Positions 11,907-24,361 of a stretch of 64,000 nt of DNA are shown in pieces. Numbering within the stretch: the first letter of the stretch is position 1; each line of letters starts with the position of its first letter. The stretch covers positions 168,640,001 to 168,704,000 of the forward strand of contig OX597814.1 of the NCBI GenBank assembly GCA_951406725.2, given 5' to 3'. The notes under the pieces were generated by a model. That model was not told where the DNA came from. It ran no database searches and was given only the letters and a program-made list of their open reading frames with translations. Origin of the DNA: Octopus vulgaris. Lineage: Eukaryota. Both the position numbers and the translations under genes were made by a program.

Positions 11907-13639
11907 GGTTGGATTGTGTAAATTGTTGAATGTCAGTCACTGTTTCGTTTGCACCTGCATAATCCCCGTCTACGGGAGGATTGAAGAAAGGAAGAGAGAT
12001 GGAGAATAGACGAAGTTACGCAGCGGCAACGACACAAGGAATAAATGCCAACGCCCTGGAAGTACAGGAAATAGAAATTGACACAAGAAAGAAGAAGGAA
12101 GGAAGAAAATTTATTAAAAAGAAGTGAGTCAGTCTAAAGCTGACTCCCCCAGAAGAACTGATGAACAGCGTAGCGAAGAGAACGATAGTATACAGAACGT
12201 TGTCTACGTCCTCGAACAAGATAGAGTTAGCAGCAACAGAAGAAATAGAGGAATGTCTCGAAAATGTTAAAAAATTGACCACATTCTATACACGTGGAAA
12301 AAATTATGGCTCACTGGAAGTAAGGTTTGGCAACGAAGGAGATGCCATAAACAACTCCACGGACCAGTTACGGACAACGGAATGGATACTACTTCCGACG
12401 TACTGTGGCAAACGCGTTGCTAGAGTGAGAGTTGGAAGAGTGCCCCCCGAAATCGAGGAAGAATGGCTGGTAGCAACCATAATGCACGATATGAAGGATG
12501 GGGTAGAGATCCTCAAGATAACGAGGATCTAATGGGTCAATTAGTGGAGATATGGCCTCGAAGTGACCATGCAAGTATGGTCTTTGGAAGACTTGCATAG
12601 TATAACGGAGGAAATAATACTCCCGGAAGACACCAGACTTCGAATAACAGTAGAAGGAAAATCACCAACATGCTTCCAATGCGGCAAAAAAAGGGCACAT
12701 GAAAGCAAAATGTCCCGAGAAGGAAAACGAAGAGGAGAAGAAAAGTGAAGAAAACAATACCGAAGAAGTAGTACCAATAAAAGTAGGAACCCTTCACAGT
12801 AGTAAACACGAGGAAGAGAAAGGAACAGGTGAATTCTCCCCCAGACAGTCAAAAAAGGTTAAAAGAGATTGTGACGGAAGAAAAGAGAAATAGGTGTGAA
12901 GCACCAACAGAAGCAATGGTGAAAGAAGGCACACAGAAAAAAACAGCATTACAACAGGGTGAAAGACGAAGCGTTTATAAAATCTGTTATGATGTTTCTG
13001 CACGCCCGAACAGATCAGGACGAGAGCCGAAGCAAGCAGAAGTGAAAAGGAAGAGATGTAAGTGAAAAGGAAGAGATCACGTATTCCGAAAGCAAAGAAA
13101 TACAGAAAACGATTGTTAAATATATATCGGTAATAAGAGTAAGGCTGTCGCCAAGAAAATACCCGGAATACACTAAAGGAATAGTCACAGACAAAGAGAC
13201 ATTTTTGAAATTGAGAGAGATGTATGAACTTTTCATAGACCCACTGGGGTTGAAGTCGAGTTTGACGAACTCTCACTGGTCGTGGAATTAGAAGATTTGA
13301 AACCCTTTATGAACATTTAAAAACAAGTAAAATTTGTACTTCATATTAGAAAACGAGGAAAATAGACTTAAAAAGTTTAAAGAAAACAGAGAAAAAAAAA
13401 ACGATCCAAAAAAAAGAGACTAAGAAAAAGAACGAGCTAAAAAAAGGAAAAAAAAAGAAGACTGTAAGAACGTTTAATTGTAAAAAATGAAATCACGGTT
13501 TCGTCTCGGAGCGGGGCCGAAAAAACCGTCTCATATTCATTGTAATTCATTGTAATTCATTCTTTCATATGTTTTTCTGTTCCTGCATGTTTGTGCATGT
13601 CTCCTCTGTATTCAGGTCTTGTGCCTATAATAAAGGGAA
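11907..13639 (+). mobile_element. ORF1-only non-autonomous non-LTR retroelement (HAL1-like)
   Basis: Perfect 15-bp TSD ACTAAGCAGATGGGT (11892-11906 and 13640-13654). AATAAA at 13629. Only a gag/ORF1-like frame inside, no endonuclease or RT. Confidence 0.8.
11999..13325 (+). pseudogene. L1/Tx1-type ORF1p (RRM-like region plus CCHC zinc knuckle), disrupted
   Basis: MENRRSYAAATT N-terminus; ARVRVGRVPPEIEEEWL; ITVEGKSPTCFQCGKK-GHMKAKC (CX2CX4HX4C, split by a frameshift in the A-run near 12690). Several stops. The 3' limit is approximate. Confidence 0.75.
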
Positions 13640-13650
13640 ACTAAGCAGAT

Positions 13651-13711
13651 GGGTAAGAACCACTGACGAGCATTAATGAAATGCGAAATCACTGGTGATC
13701 TGGCTATGCCC
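13651..13711 (+). ncRNA. Type I hammerhead ribozyme with extended stem I
   Basis: GGGTA agaa CCA-CTGACGA-GCAT taatgaa ATGC-GAAA-TCAC tg GTGA-TC-TGG cta TGCCC. Intact core, AUC triplet, cut after 13700. Confidence 0.8.
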
Positions 13712-13831
13712 CGGATGCTGTAGGGAGCCAGCCTCCCTTGTCAGTGCTTTCTCGTGGGTAAGAGTTCTTTTGATTCTTATTTCTAGCAATGCTGGCGCTA
13801 ACTAGTACCCTTAATTACTTTAGTTTTTAGT

Positions 13832-13908
<77 letters not shown>

Positions 13909-13910
13909 TT

Positions 13911-13967
<57 letters not shown>

Positions 13968-14025
13968 TATATACATACATATACATATACATATATATAT
14001 ACATATACATACATATATAAATACT

Positions 14026-14742
14026 TAAATCTTTAAAAATGTTTTAGCCCGAAGGCCGCGGCCATGCTGGGGCACCACCGCTGAATGAGCTACACTAGTT
14101 TGTGAATCCACCTCTGATACGTGGCACTTGATCAACAAGGGAGTTCGATGCTGCTGCCCGCATCCGTGTCTCCTGTCGTGAGGTAGGTTCATCTGGGACT
14201 CCCAACAAGAAGAGATCCAGTTTAGTTTTAAAGAAACCCACATCCACACCATGTAAGTCTCTCAGGCATTTAGGGAGGATGTTAAAGAGCTGTGGTCCTC
14301 TGAAACCCAAGCTGTTGCAGTATCTGGACCTGTATTTTGATGGTGATGTTGGAATCCTTGGCACCACGCAGCGGCGCCCCGTTCTGCGGTTGGAGTAACT
14401 TTGAATGTCAAAGTTTGGGACAAGACCCTCCAGGATTTTCCAGATGTATATCACTGCATATCTCTCCCGCCTCCGCTCCAGGGAGAAGAGGTTTAATACC
14501 TTCAGTCTTTCCCAGTAGCTGACATTTTGCATTGAGACGATTTTCTTTGTGTAGCTTCTCTGAGTTGCTTCGAGTTCTGCTGTTTGTTTTATATTGTGTG
14601 GTGACCAAAGTTGGGAGCAGTAGTCCAAGCGGCTGAGGACGAATGTTTTCCATAGGACCATCAGTGTCTCCTTCTCTCTTGTTCTGAAAGTTCGGAGAAT
14701 CCATCCAGCTAGCCGTCTGCATTTTATCACCAGATTAGCAAT
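14026..14742 (-). mobile_element. 5'-truncated CR1-clade LINE (ORF2 C-terminus plus 3' tail)
   Basis: Open frame GWILRTF...SRLDYCSQLWSP...LEATQRSYTK...YWERLKVLNLFSLERRRER...FFKTKLDLFL, stop at 14095. Tail GGTGCCCCAGCATGGCCGC. Confidence 0.9.
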
Positions 14743-15013
14743 ATATATATATATATAAACATATATACAAGATAAGAAAATGGAGAAATACATCTAAATC
14801 AAATATCAATTACCAGATAATACTCAATCACATACTTTATTAAACCACCACATAAGAGACTGCAGGGTTAAATATAAAAAGCAGAACAAATCAGTGTACA
14901 TAAACGGAATGTACATAAAAAAGTGTACATAAAAGAGTAATGTTGTATAATAATTAGAGTATATATAAAAAATAATATAAATACAAGTAAATATAAATAT
15001 AAGTATAAATTAG

Positions 15014-15140
15014 ATCTTACAGCTGTTTCGGCCATGTCGTTAATTATGTCTCATTTTACCAATATTAGCCCTTTATGGTTGGTCAATATATAGATATAAA
15101 TGAGACATTAACAAAAATATCACAAGGCCTCTTCGGAGAT
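15014..15140 (-). ncRNA. Degenerate type I hammerhead with ~100-nt stem II (PLE pLTR relic)
   Basis: Minus strand ATCT-CCGAAGA-GGCC...GGCC-GAAA-CAGCTG-TA-AGAT. U4C substitution, palindromic stem III, internal ATGTCTCATTT/AAATGAGACAT pairing. Confidence 0.6.
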
Positions 15141-15668
15141 TATGTAATATAACACAGTCCACACATATACCCACATGGGTGTGGGTGCGTACCCACAATA
15201 CAACATATATATATACATATGAGTGCATATACTCACACTATACAAAATACATTTACATAATGATATAAATAAATAATATAAATTAGTAAACATATATATG
15301 TGTTCCACACCCAATGTCTCAGTTTTTCGACTTAATATTGTGATAATAAACATACACAAATTAGTACCTAGATGTAAATATACATAGTCAATAGTACATT
15401 ATATTACTTCATAATAGTTTCCAAAGTGTCATTAAAGTTAGTATCATTATCGTTGCCAATACAATTTATGTTATCATTGTTATCATACATAATATTATTA
15501 ATAACTCTTACATTATGATCCAGAGCAGAATATATATATATATATATTTAAATAATGAGGGAGATAAATTTAATATTAATTTAATTAATATCAATTTAAA
15601 ACCAGTAGTCTAGCATACAAAAATCAGAGAAAAAAAAAATATATATTTATATATACGTATACATAATT

Positions 15669-15706
<38 letters not shown>

Positions 15707-15744
15707 GTAGGTAGGTATGTATGTCTATATATGTATATATATAC

Positions 15745-16065
15745 GTGAAGGTGCGTGGCTTAGTGGTTCGGGCATTCGACTCACGAGCGTACGGTCGTGA
15801 GTTCAATTCCCGGCGGCGCGTTGTGTCCATGAGCAAGACACTTCATTTCACATTGTTCTAGTTCACTCAGCTGGCAAAAATGTGTAGTACCTGTATTTCA
15901 AAGGGCCGGCCTTGTCACACTTTGTGTCACGCTGAATATCACTGAGAACTACGTTAAGGGTACACGTGTCTGTGGAGTGCTCAGCCACTTGCATATTTAT
16001 TTCACGAGCAAGCTGTTCCGTTGATCGTATCAGTTGGGACCCTCTTCGTCGTAACGAAGTGCTCC
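15745..16065 (+). mobile_element. tRNA-derived SINE (D head plus tail X)
   Basis: GTGGCTTAGTGGTT A box, GAGTTCAATTCC B box, GAGCAAGACACTTCATTTCAC core. The 3' part is shared with 35533-35927. Confidence 0.85.
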
Positions 16066-16164
16066 TATATGTATATATATATATATATACACATATATGT
16101 GTGTGTGTGTGTGTGTGTGTATGTATATGTGCATACACACACACACACATATATATATATGAAT

Positions 16165-17075
16165 ATACAAAATGAAACAAAAACGCAATAGAGGACAATG
16201 CAAAGGCGGACAGGAAAAAAACCACAATTAGAGTGACAGGAAAAAAAAGGACGGGTCATTCGTAGCCTTCTTTCGTCAGTCAAGTAATCAGATGTTCCTA
16301 CAGTTTCGAGTAGTTAAACTGGAGACTGTTCAATCTCGTTGCCCTCCACCCCACCCGCCAAAAAAATCTAAGCTAAGAAGGCAAGCGAATGTGTACGACA
16401 ACAAAGACAAAAAAATGGGGATCACGTTACACAATTACAAATACAAACAAGAAGAATACAACAACAGGCGTCTTTCGACTTTTCGACTGAGGACGAATCA
16501 AATTGAGCTGGCGTGCATAAAGTGAAAGCCTTAAGGCAGGAACATAGGAGATAGACATAAGAGATGTTGGCGGTCGGCAGTAAGACCAAGAAAGGAAGAT
16601 CATGGCTGGCCGAACACCGGTTACGTGGAACGAGGAGAGAGGGGTAGGGGGCAGCGGGATTGAAGATTAGGGGAAGAACGGGAAAGGTAGAGAAAATCAA
16701 AGAGACAAAGGAAAAGGTACAGGGGAGATAAACAAGGGGGAAAAGTAGGAGTTAAAGAAAGAGAGGGCCAAGAAATGTGAGAGAGGAGGAGCGAGTAAAA
16801 GAAAAGAGGAAGAGAGTATGATGGGGATTAAAAGACAGTAAAAGAATCCTACAAAATTAAGATACATACTTACAAGCTGATCAAAAATACGCACGCCGCT
16901 ATACGTATATAAAAATTGAACAAAAATGCAATAGAGGACAATAAAACATCCGGACAAATAGACGATACAAAAGCGGACAGGTAAAAAAAACAACATTCGC
17001 AGCCTTCTTTCGTCAGTCAAGTTACCGGATGTCCTTACAGTTTCGGGCAATTACACTTGAGACTGTTCGATCTGG
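16165..17075 (-). repeat. Diverged direct repeats (~160 bp) ~740 bp apart, pLTR-like
   Basis: GCAATAGAGGACAAT...CATTCGTAGCCTTCTTTCGTCAGTCAAG...GAGACTGTTC at 16165-16335 and 16910-17075. Confidence 0.7.
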
Positions 17076-17154
17076 TTATGAATACCCCCCACACACATAC
17101 ACACTGACACACGATCCAGGGATCCGAGTGTAGGAAGTGTAGGAGTGTAGGGTT

Positions 17155-17373
17155 TCTGTGTATCTGAAAGAGGTGTCAACGGAAAAAAGAAGGAAAGAAA
17201 GAAGGAAGAGAGAAAGAAGAAAAATGTGCTGACATCTTTGCAGCTGGTCAGTTATTTCAATAGAAAGTGATTCTTGGCTTTTAGAAATGGCAAACCTAGG
17301 TGGCCACTCCAAGGGGGGTTAAATGTTATTTTTCAAAAAATTGTCTGGATTTCTTTTTATCATTGTCTTGTGT

Positions 17374-17410
<37 letters not shown>

Positions 17411-17815
17411 TGATGGAGTGTGTGTGTGTATATGTATGTGGACGTGTGTGTGTGTGTGTCTGTGTATCTGAAAGAAGTGTCATTGGAAAAGAGAAGGAAA
17501 GAAAGAAGGAAGAGAAAAAGAAGAAAAAATGTATTGATATATTTGCAGCTGGTCAGTTCTTTCAATAGAAAGTGATTCTTGTCCTTTTAAAAAATGGTAA
17601 ATTCAGGTTTGGATTTCAAAAAAATTTTTTTTGTCTGGATTTCTTTTCATCATTGTCCAGTGAGAGAGAGTGCGTATGTGTTTTTTTTTGTGTGTGTGTG
17701 TGTGTGGGGGGGCTGTGTATCTGAAAGGAGTGTCAATGGAAAAGAGAAGGAAAGAAAGAAGGAATAGAGGAAGAAGAATTGTGTTGATATCTATACCGCT
17801 GTTCAGTTCTTTTAA
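17155..17815. repeat. Tandem repeat, ~250-305-bp unit, ~2.4 copies
   Basis: CTGTGTATCTGAAAG..GTGTCA..GGAAAA recurs at 17155, 17459 and 17713. Confidence 0.85.
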
Positions 17816-17964
17816 TCCAATGTTTGATTCCTGTGCTGGTATTTCATTGTGCTAGAAATAGCAACAAAAAGTTTGCCATGTACTATCCTAACGTCTTAAA
17901 AATAAAAGAACATTAGCTAATTTGAATTTAGTCCAAAGTACAGTGAAGGGGAAGTTAAAATTTC

Positions 17965-18205
17965 CTTCTCGAGTCACGTCGATTCATAAAGGTCGGTTTC
18001 CCGGTTTCCATGGCGTATGTATTCCCCACATGGACGGAACGCCGCTCCGTCGTAGGATTACTCATTTTTGCCGGTCGAGTGGACCGGAGCAACACGAATG
18101 AAGTGTTTTGCTCAAGTATACAACGCGTCGCCCGGTCCAGGAATTGAAACCACGAGTTTACGATCATGAGTCCAACACCCTAACCACTAAGCCACGCACC
18201 TCCAC
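17965..18205 (-). mobile_element. tRNA-derived SINE (D head plus tail Y)
   Basis: Same sequence as the units at 4527-5043 (CCCTAACCACTAAGCCACGC...CTCCAC). Confidence 0.85.
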
Positions 18206-18468
18206 TAGGCACGGTATTATAAGTGAAAAAAGACAGATGGTCACGGTTGGAACGAGTTTGGTCCTAAGTTTCTTTCATAGGAGCTATTAACCAGCATCAA
18301 CAGGAATACGGTTAAATAACAGCAACAGCGGTAGCAGTCTCTAATTTCAAAAATTATTTCCGAAGATAGGTTCACAAGAAATGTTAAACAGGTGTATGTC
18401 AGATATAATAACAGCAAGTGTGTGTGTGTGTGTCCGTGTGTCCGTGTGTGTGTGTGTGTCCGTGTGTG

Positions 18469-18503
<35 letters not shown>

Positions 18504-18542
18504 GTGTGTGTGTGTGTGTGTGTGTGTGTGATGTGTGTGTGC

Positions 18543-18595
<53 letters not shown>

Positions 18596-18801
18596 TGCGT
18601 GTGTGTGTGTGTGTGATGTGTGTGTGTGTGTGTGTGTGTGATGTGTGCGTGTGTGTGAGTGCGTGTGATGTGTCCACGATATCATTTCGTTACTGGAGCC
18701 AATTTCCTTTCCTTCAGAGACAATTCAGAATTGGCAAAACTGTCTTATTGTATTATGAAGATTAATAAGAAGAAAATGCAATATGGGGGGGAGGGGGGAG
18801 C

Positions 18802-18833
<32 letters not shown>

Positions 18834-19699
18834 ACGATAGAAAGAAACAGACAAACAAAGAGAGGGAGAAAGCGCGTGTGTGTGTGCGCGCGTGTAGTTT
18901 AACTTACTTCGTATCTTCTAATAGATCCTAAAGTACAGTTGGAAGAAATGAAAGTTGAGAAGCTTATCTATGAAAAGTAGAGGAATTAATGGGATAGTTA
19001 GGAAATCACTGAAAACTTCAATTTCAATCATTCTGTTTTATGATTTCCTGTTAAAATCTCCGCGCCCGTCAACGATGGTTGGAAGCGCAGAATTACAAGA
19101 TAACGTTATGAGGTGTCACTTTTACAACATTGCCGCTGTTTAAATCACCGGAGTGTTGTTTAGTTGCATGCTGACCGTGAACGATAGATTTAGTGTTTTT
19201 CAGTAACCCAGCCGCTCGGGTGCTTCTTTTGATCGACTGACACGTCATGTATACAAGACTTTTAACGCAGAATCCTTTTCTCAAACCCACCGTACTGTAT
19301 CTACATGTTTTTATCATCCCTAAAAGGTAAAAAAAAAAAAACCCAGAAGGGCGGGGGGTGGGGGTGAACCCCGGTAAGATTTGCACACAGAGTGTGTGAG
19401 TGCGCGTGCATGTGTTTGTCTCTGTGCTTGAGTTCCACCAAGCCTGACAACCGGTGTAGGTGTGTTTACATTCCCGTAACTTAACGGTCCAGCAAAAGAA
19501 CTCGATAGAAATGTACCAGGCTTAAAATTAATACTGAGTCGATTCGATAGGCTAAAAATTCTTCAAGGCGGTGCCCCAGCATGGCCGCAGTCTAGTGAGT
19601 GAAACAAGCGAAAGATAAAGAGAAAATAGTTTTAAATGCACAAAATCTGGAAAAGAAAAAAGAGAAAGAAAACAAAAGATAGTGTACTCACGGTAGAAG

Positions 19700-19859
19700 C
19701 AGGGTCGTCTTAACAGTGTTATAGGACTCCATGCAAATCAATACAGTGGGATCTGCATTGTTTATTTATTGATAGCAAATCCACGCTATCATTGGTCAAA
19801 ATTGGGCCCCTACACTCGTGTGGTAAATGCGCAGTGTGCTCATACCTTAACCGGCACTG
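19700..19859. mobile_element. hAT-type MITE
   Basis: Ends CAGGGTCGTCTTAA and TTAACCGGCACTG. Imperfect 8-bp TSD GGTAGAAG/GGTATGAG. Confidence 0.55.
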
Positions 19860-21745
19860 GGTATGAGCACCTTTGATCTATTCGACCCGAGACTAAACAA
19901 CGACATCATTGAACCGTCTCCTCCACAGTATGGTAGATTGGAATATTGGGAATGAATTATATTTGCCAGAGATAGAAGACACGAATCATTGACCCGACAT
20001 ACAACAATATGTTGGTACGTAAATATTACTGGAAGCTGGTACGTTGTCCCTACAACATGTGCCACCAAAAAACAACAAAAAAACAACAAAATCCCCTCAA
20101 AAATAGTTAATCGTTAGTTTTGAGTATTTGGTTATTTTATATTCTTCAATCCAAAATTGAAAACCTCACGTTCTTCGATCTAAATTGTAATATATAGGAA
20201 GCTTCCACAACTCCACACCACAATTATCAGTTCTGGGCTTTGCTTACTCTTTCTCCTCTTTCTTTTTTTTACCAATTAAGCCAAAAAACGAGCCTCTACG
20301 TAATCGATCTAGCGGTTCAAAGTAGCAGCCCTAAATCTCCCTCAAACCACATTTTAAAGTTTTTAGTACGCCTGAAATGTTCTTTAAATTGGACAGATTA
20401 GACAATATAATCCTCGATACCCATTAAAAAACCTCAAAGAAATCAAAACCACAACGAGAATACCCTTAATCATATGACTGATCGATTAACCATAACAACA
20501 CCCAAGTAACCAATTCTATACGAACTACCAGCCACATTCTTTCTGCACATGCTTTTTTTTACCATTCTCCTTCCTTATTTTACCAGGTGATATACTTCTG
20601 AAGCTTACTTTCAGTGTTCTCTCGATCGAAATCTTCGGCTATTATAACACTAAAAGAGAAAGAAATTTCTCAGATTACATAAAGAAAGCATGATTATGTA
20701 AGTCCAAACCTGTAGTGAATAAAAATTGTCCTTAATTTAAAATTATACCAGTTGTTAAGAGAAAAAAAATCATTTGCTTTATAGATTTATTCGTGTCAAG
20801 AAAGACAAGGGAAACGACTGAAGAAATAAAATTCAAAATTAAATAAGTATGCTGTGGGAAAATGTGGGATAACTCCAGATATGTTTCGGTTTTATTAACC
20901 TTCTCAGCGATGTGTATTTTTATCAGTACTTATTAAATCGTAGGTAAAACAGTTAATAAGGATTTTGAGGGAAAACTATTCAATCTGAACTCATGAGCAA
21001 AGTATATACTTTTCGAAGTAGTTGTGAGAAAATCATTAAGTAAAAGTATAGTATTGCACTCTAACTGGTATAGAAAAAATGGTATTTTTTACAGAATAAC
21101 TAACAGAGAGTGCCATCCTTGTGGGAAACAATAGTCAAGTTAATAGCAAGAATATTAGAAAATTAACCAGAAATAATTATGCAGTAAAAAGCAGTAGTAT
21201 TTAATGATTATTATGATTTAAATTTGCATACAATATTATTTTTCTAATTAACTACTTGTGAAAGATTTCTCGCTCTGCTTTGCTATAAACAAACAGCAAT
21301 CTTATATTTTGTTTTCCTTTCTCAGAAAAAAATATAAAGATTGGTTTTGGAGATTTTCATTGAAATTCTCTCGCATTTTCATATTTTTTGTTAACAAAAA
21401 GAAAGCGTTTTTGTCGTCTGGTTTCCTCGGAATTATATACCTTTGTTTACATAAGAACCCGATGTTACTTTACTTCACTTCAAATTCGCCTTCTTGAGAC
21501 ATCTAAAAATGAATGAGATATAGTTCAATTCAAGCTGTAATAAAATCATTTAAAAGAGATTTCACGATCGAGAAAGAAATTTTTGTAGTTTAATGTCTTC
21601 TATTTTTAAACAAGCATCAAGTGTTTTTTATTCATTTCTTAAAAATCTTTTTCTTGTAGTAGATCTTATAAGCAAAACACAAAGAAGCAGTTATAAATAC
21701 TCAATCATATTTCACTTCAAATTTCACTACACTGTCTACAAATTG

Positions 21746-21873
<128 letters not shown>

Positions 21874-22197
21874 GTACCGACGTGGCTGAAATGTTCGCTT
21901 TGCAGCCGCATGTATATGTATGCCTTTTATTGTTTCCGGGCCTGCAAAAAGGACACTGGACTTGTAAAGTATGTTGGGCCAGAGTGCTCATCGTTTTTGT
22001 TCCAGCTTTTTTTAATTGCGGGGTTCAAATCACGCCATGACCTACTAGAGGAGTAGACTTCATAGTGACCCTATTAAACACCACCGTACCTTGATTGCTT
22101 TTAGCGGAGGCCACCCAGTTTTAAATATTCGGGCCAGTTCTCCTCGTCCCTCTTACCAAACTTAGGTCATGGATTATACTATATGTATATCTATATA

Positions 22198-22255
<58 letters not shown>

Positions 22256-22259
<4 letters not shown>

Positions 22260-23660
22260 AAATAAATGAGAAGTATATAACGATATGTAAGTTAAATAAA
22301 ACCCTATAGTCCTGGAGAAAGATATATCTTCCTTTGCAATTGCGTGAAGCTATTATTAGGAATTTTCCAAAGAATTCTAGGTATTACTCTATTATCAACT
22401 CACACACGGTTAGGATTTGTTTTTCCAACGCGAAAAAAAATCTCTTACAAATTATCTCCTCATATAGCCTGTTAAATAGGGATACATTTACTAATACTAA
22501 CATTAATTTAGATTATACCACCTATCCCCCTAGAAAAAAAAGGTTATTGTATCTGGAGTCAATTACAACGGAATCAAGTTTATGTCAAGTAACTCTAAAA
22601 TTAAAAATTCTTTATACCAGTGTAAAATTATTTCTGATAATGAAGTATTTTTTATATAGGCAGCTCATCTTCTCAGTTATCTAAAAGAATTTCTAATCAA
22701 TACTCTACATTTAGGGATAGGAATAAACGTAACAGTACAGGGCTTATTAAATTAATTTAGTATCTAAAAGACCACAATAAACAATTTAAATTAGATTGGT
22801 TGATCCTCTCAATTTCGATACCTTATGATAAAGGCAAGGAATTTTGTCTTCTCTGTAATTCTGAGCTATTTACTCTTTACTCTTTACTCTTTTACTCTTT
22901 TACTTGTTTCAGTCATTTGACTGCGGCCATGCTGGAGCACCGCCTTTAGTCGAGCAAATCGACCCCGGGACTTATTCTTTGTAAGCCCAGTACTTATTCT
23001 ATCGGTTTCTTTTTTGCCGAACCGATTTATTTTTTTCCTAAAAATCCCCTTTTAAACATGGTTATAGAGCGTGCATACCGATGTAAACACCTTGGTTCAT
23101 ATAAGTGATATCTATTATTATATATAATTTAAACATTGATTTTCTTCTTACATTTCACATTCACTAGATATATCTTTTTCCAAGACTATAGAATTTTATG
23201 TAATTTACATATCGTTATATACTTATTTATTTGGTTTCTTTCTTTTACTCATCATCTTTCTATATGCTACCTTGGACGTTATCCATCTAACGTTTTTGTT
23301 AAAACAAACTTGATAGCGTTCAGTTAATCACTATACATGTCCATCATATTCTTTTAAAATGTCTTATTGACGAGTTTCATTTCTTCATTTCCCTGAAGAG
23401 AAGCTTACATTGTTTTACTCCATTTTATTCCTTTGGAATAATACCAGTGATATCTTCGAAACATGTGTCGGAAGTAAAAGAATTTGAAGAACACCTGCGT
23501 TTAACTCCATTTATTTATATATATTATACAAAATATTTCCCGTAAAACCGGAGTTTCTACCTTTAAAAACAAGGAGTTACAACCTTTTTACTTGTGTGAT
23601 TTTTGCTACCCTGGTAACTATTTATTTTTTCCGTGTTAATTGTTAACAAGGGAAAAATAC
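22256..23660 (+). mobile_element. 5'-truncated Penelope-like element (Naiad-like) with inverted 5' segment and HHR-bearing 3' pLTR
   Basis: IIRNFPKNSRYYSIINSHTVRICFS resembles the PLE linker at 40560 (KHFPENHRYRKIFNRRSVKLSYS). 22256-22328 is the reverse complement of 23167-23237. HHR at 23387. A SINE tail is inserted at ~22870-23025. Confidence 0.7.
23387..23475 (+). ncRNA. Type I hammerhead ribozyme
   Basis: ATTTCC-CTGAAGA-GAAG...CTTC-GAAA-CA tg TG-TC-GGAAGT. Intact core, GUC cut after 23469. Confidence 0.75.
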
Positions 23661-23669
23661 ACACATCAA

Positions 23670-23803
23670 TTTATGTATATGTGTGTATATATATATGTAT
23701 ATATATATACATATATATATACATATATATACGTATATATATATATATATGTATGTGTATACATTTGTATAAACATATGTATACATTTATGCATGTATGT
23801 GCT

Positions 23804-23844
<41 letters not shown>

Positions 23845-23858
23845 GTGTATATATACAC

Positions 23859-23899
<41 letters not shown>

Positions 23900-24026
23900 T
23901 GTGTGTGTATGTGTATGTGTATATATATATGTGTAAATGTGTGTGTAAATGTATATATGTATAGGTATATATGGGTATGTTTATATGGATGTATCCGTTT
24001 GTATAATGGGTAACTGCACGTATATA

Positions 24027-24100
<74 letters not shown>

Positions 24101-24277
24101 TGAGTATGCATGTATGTATATATGTATATGCCTGTATGCATGTATGTATTTATGAACATAAGGAGGCGCGTGTGTGTGTGGATGTGTATGCATATGTATA
24201 GACATATGTATACATTTATGCATGTACGTACTTATGTGTATATATAGATGCGCGTGTGTGTGTGTGTAGGTGTACGC

Positions 24278-24361
<84 letters not shown>

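Larger units (their letters stand above)
11721..13824 (+). mobile_element. 328-nt HHR-bearing unit with 28-nt terminal direct repeat (retrozyme/pLTR-like), interrupted by a 1.7-kb insertion
   Basis: GCCAACTAGTACTCTTAGTCACTTTAGT (11721-11748) vs GCTAACTAGTACCCTTAATTACTTTAGT (13797-13824). The offset of 2076 minus the 1748-bp insertion plus TSD leaves 328. HHR at 13651-13711. Flanked by (TG)n and (TATC)n. Confidence 0.65.

Noticed and set aside
20873-20912. HHR-like relic CTGAGAA-GGTT aataa AACC-GAAA-CATATC
   Set aside because: G8 lost and stems I and III broken; counted only as a degenerate relic.
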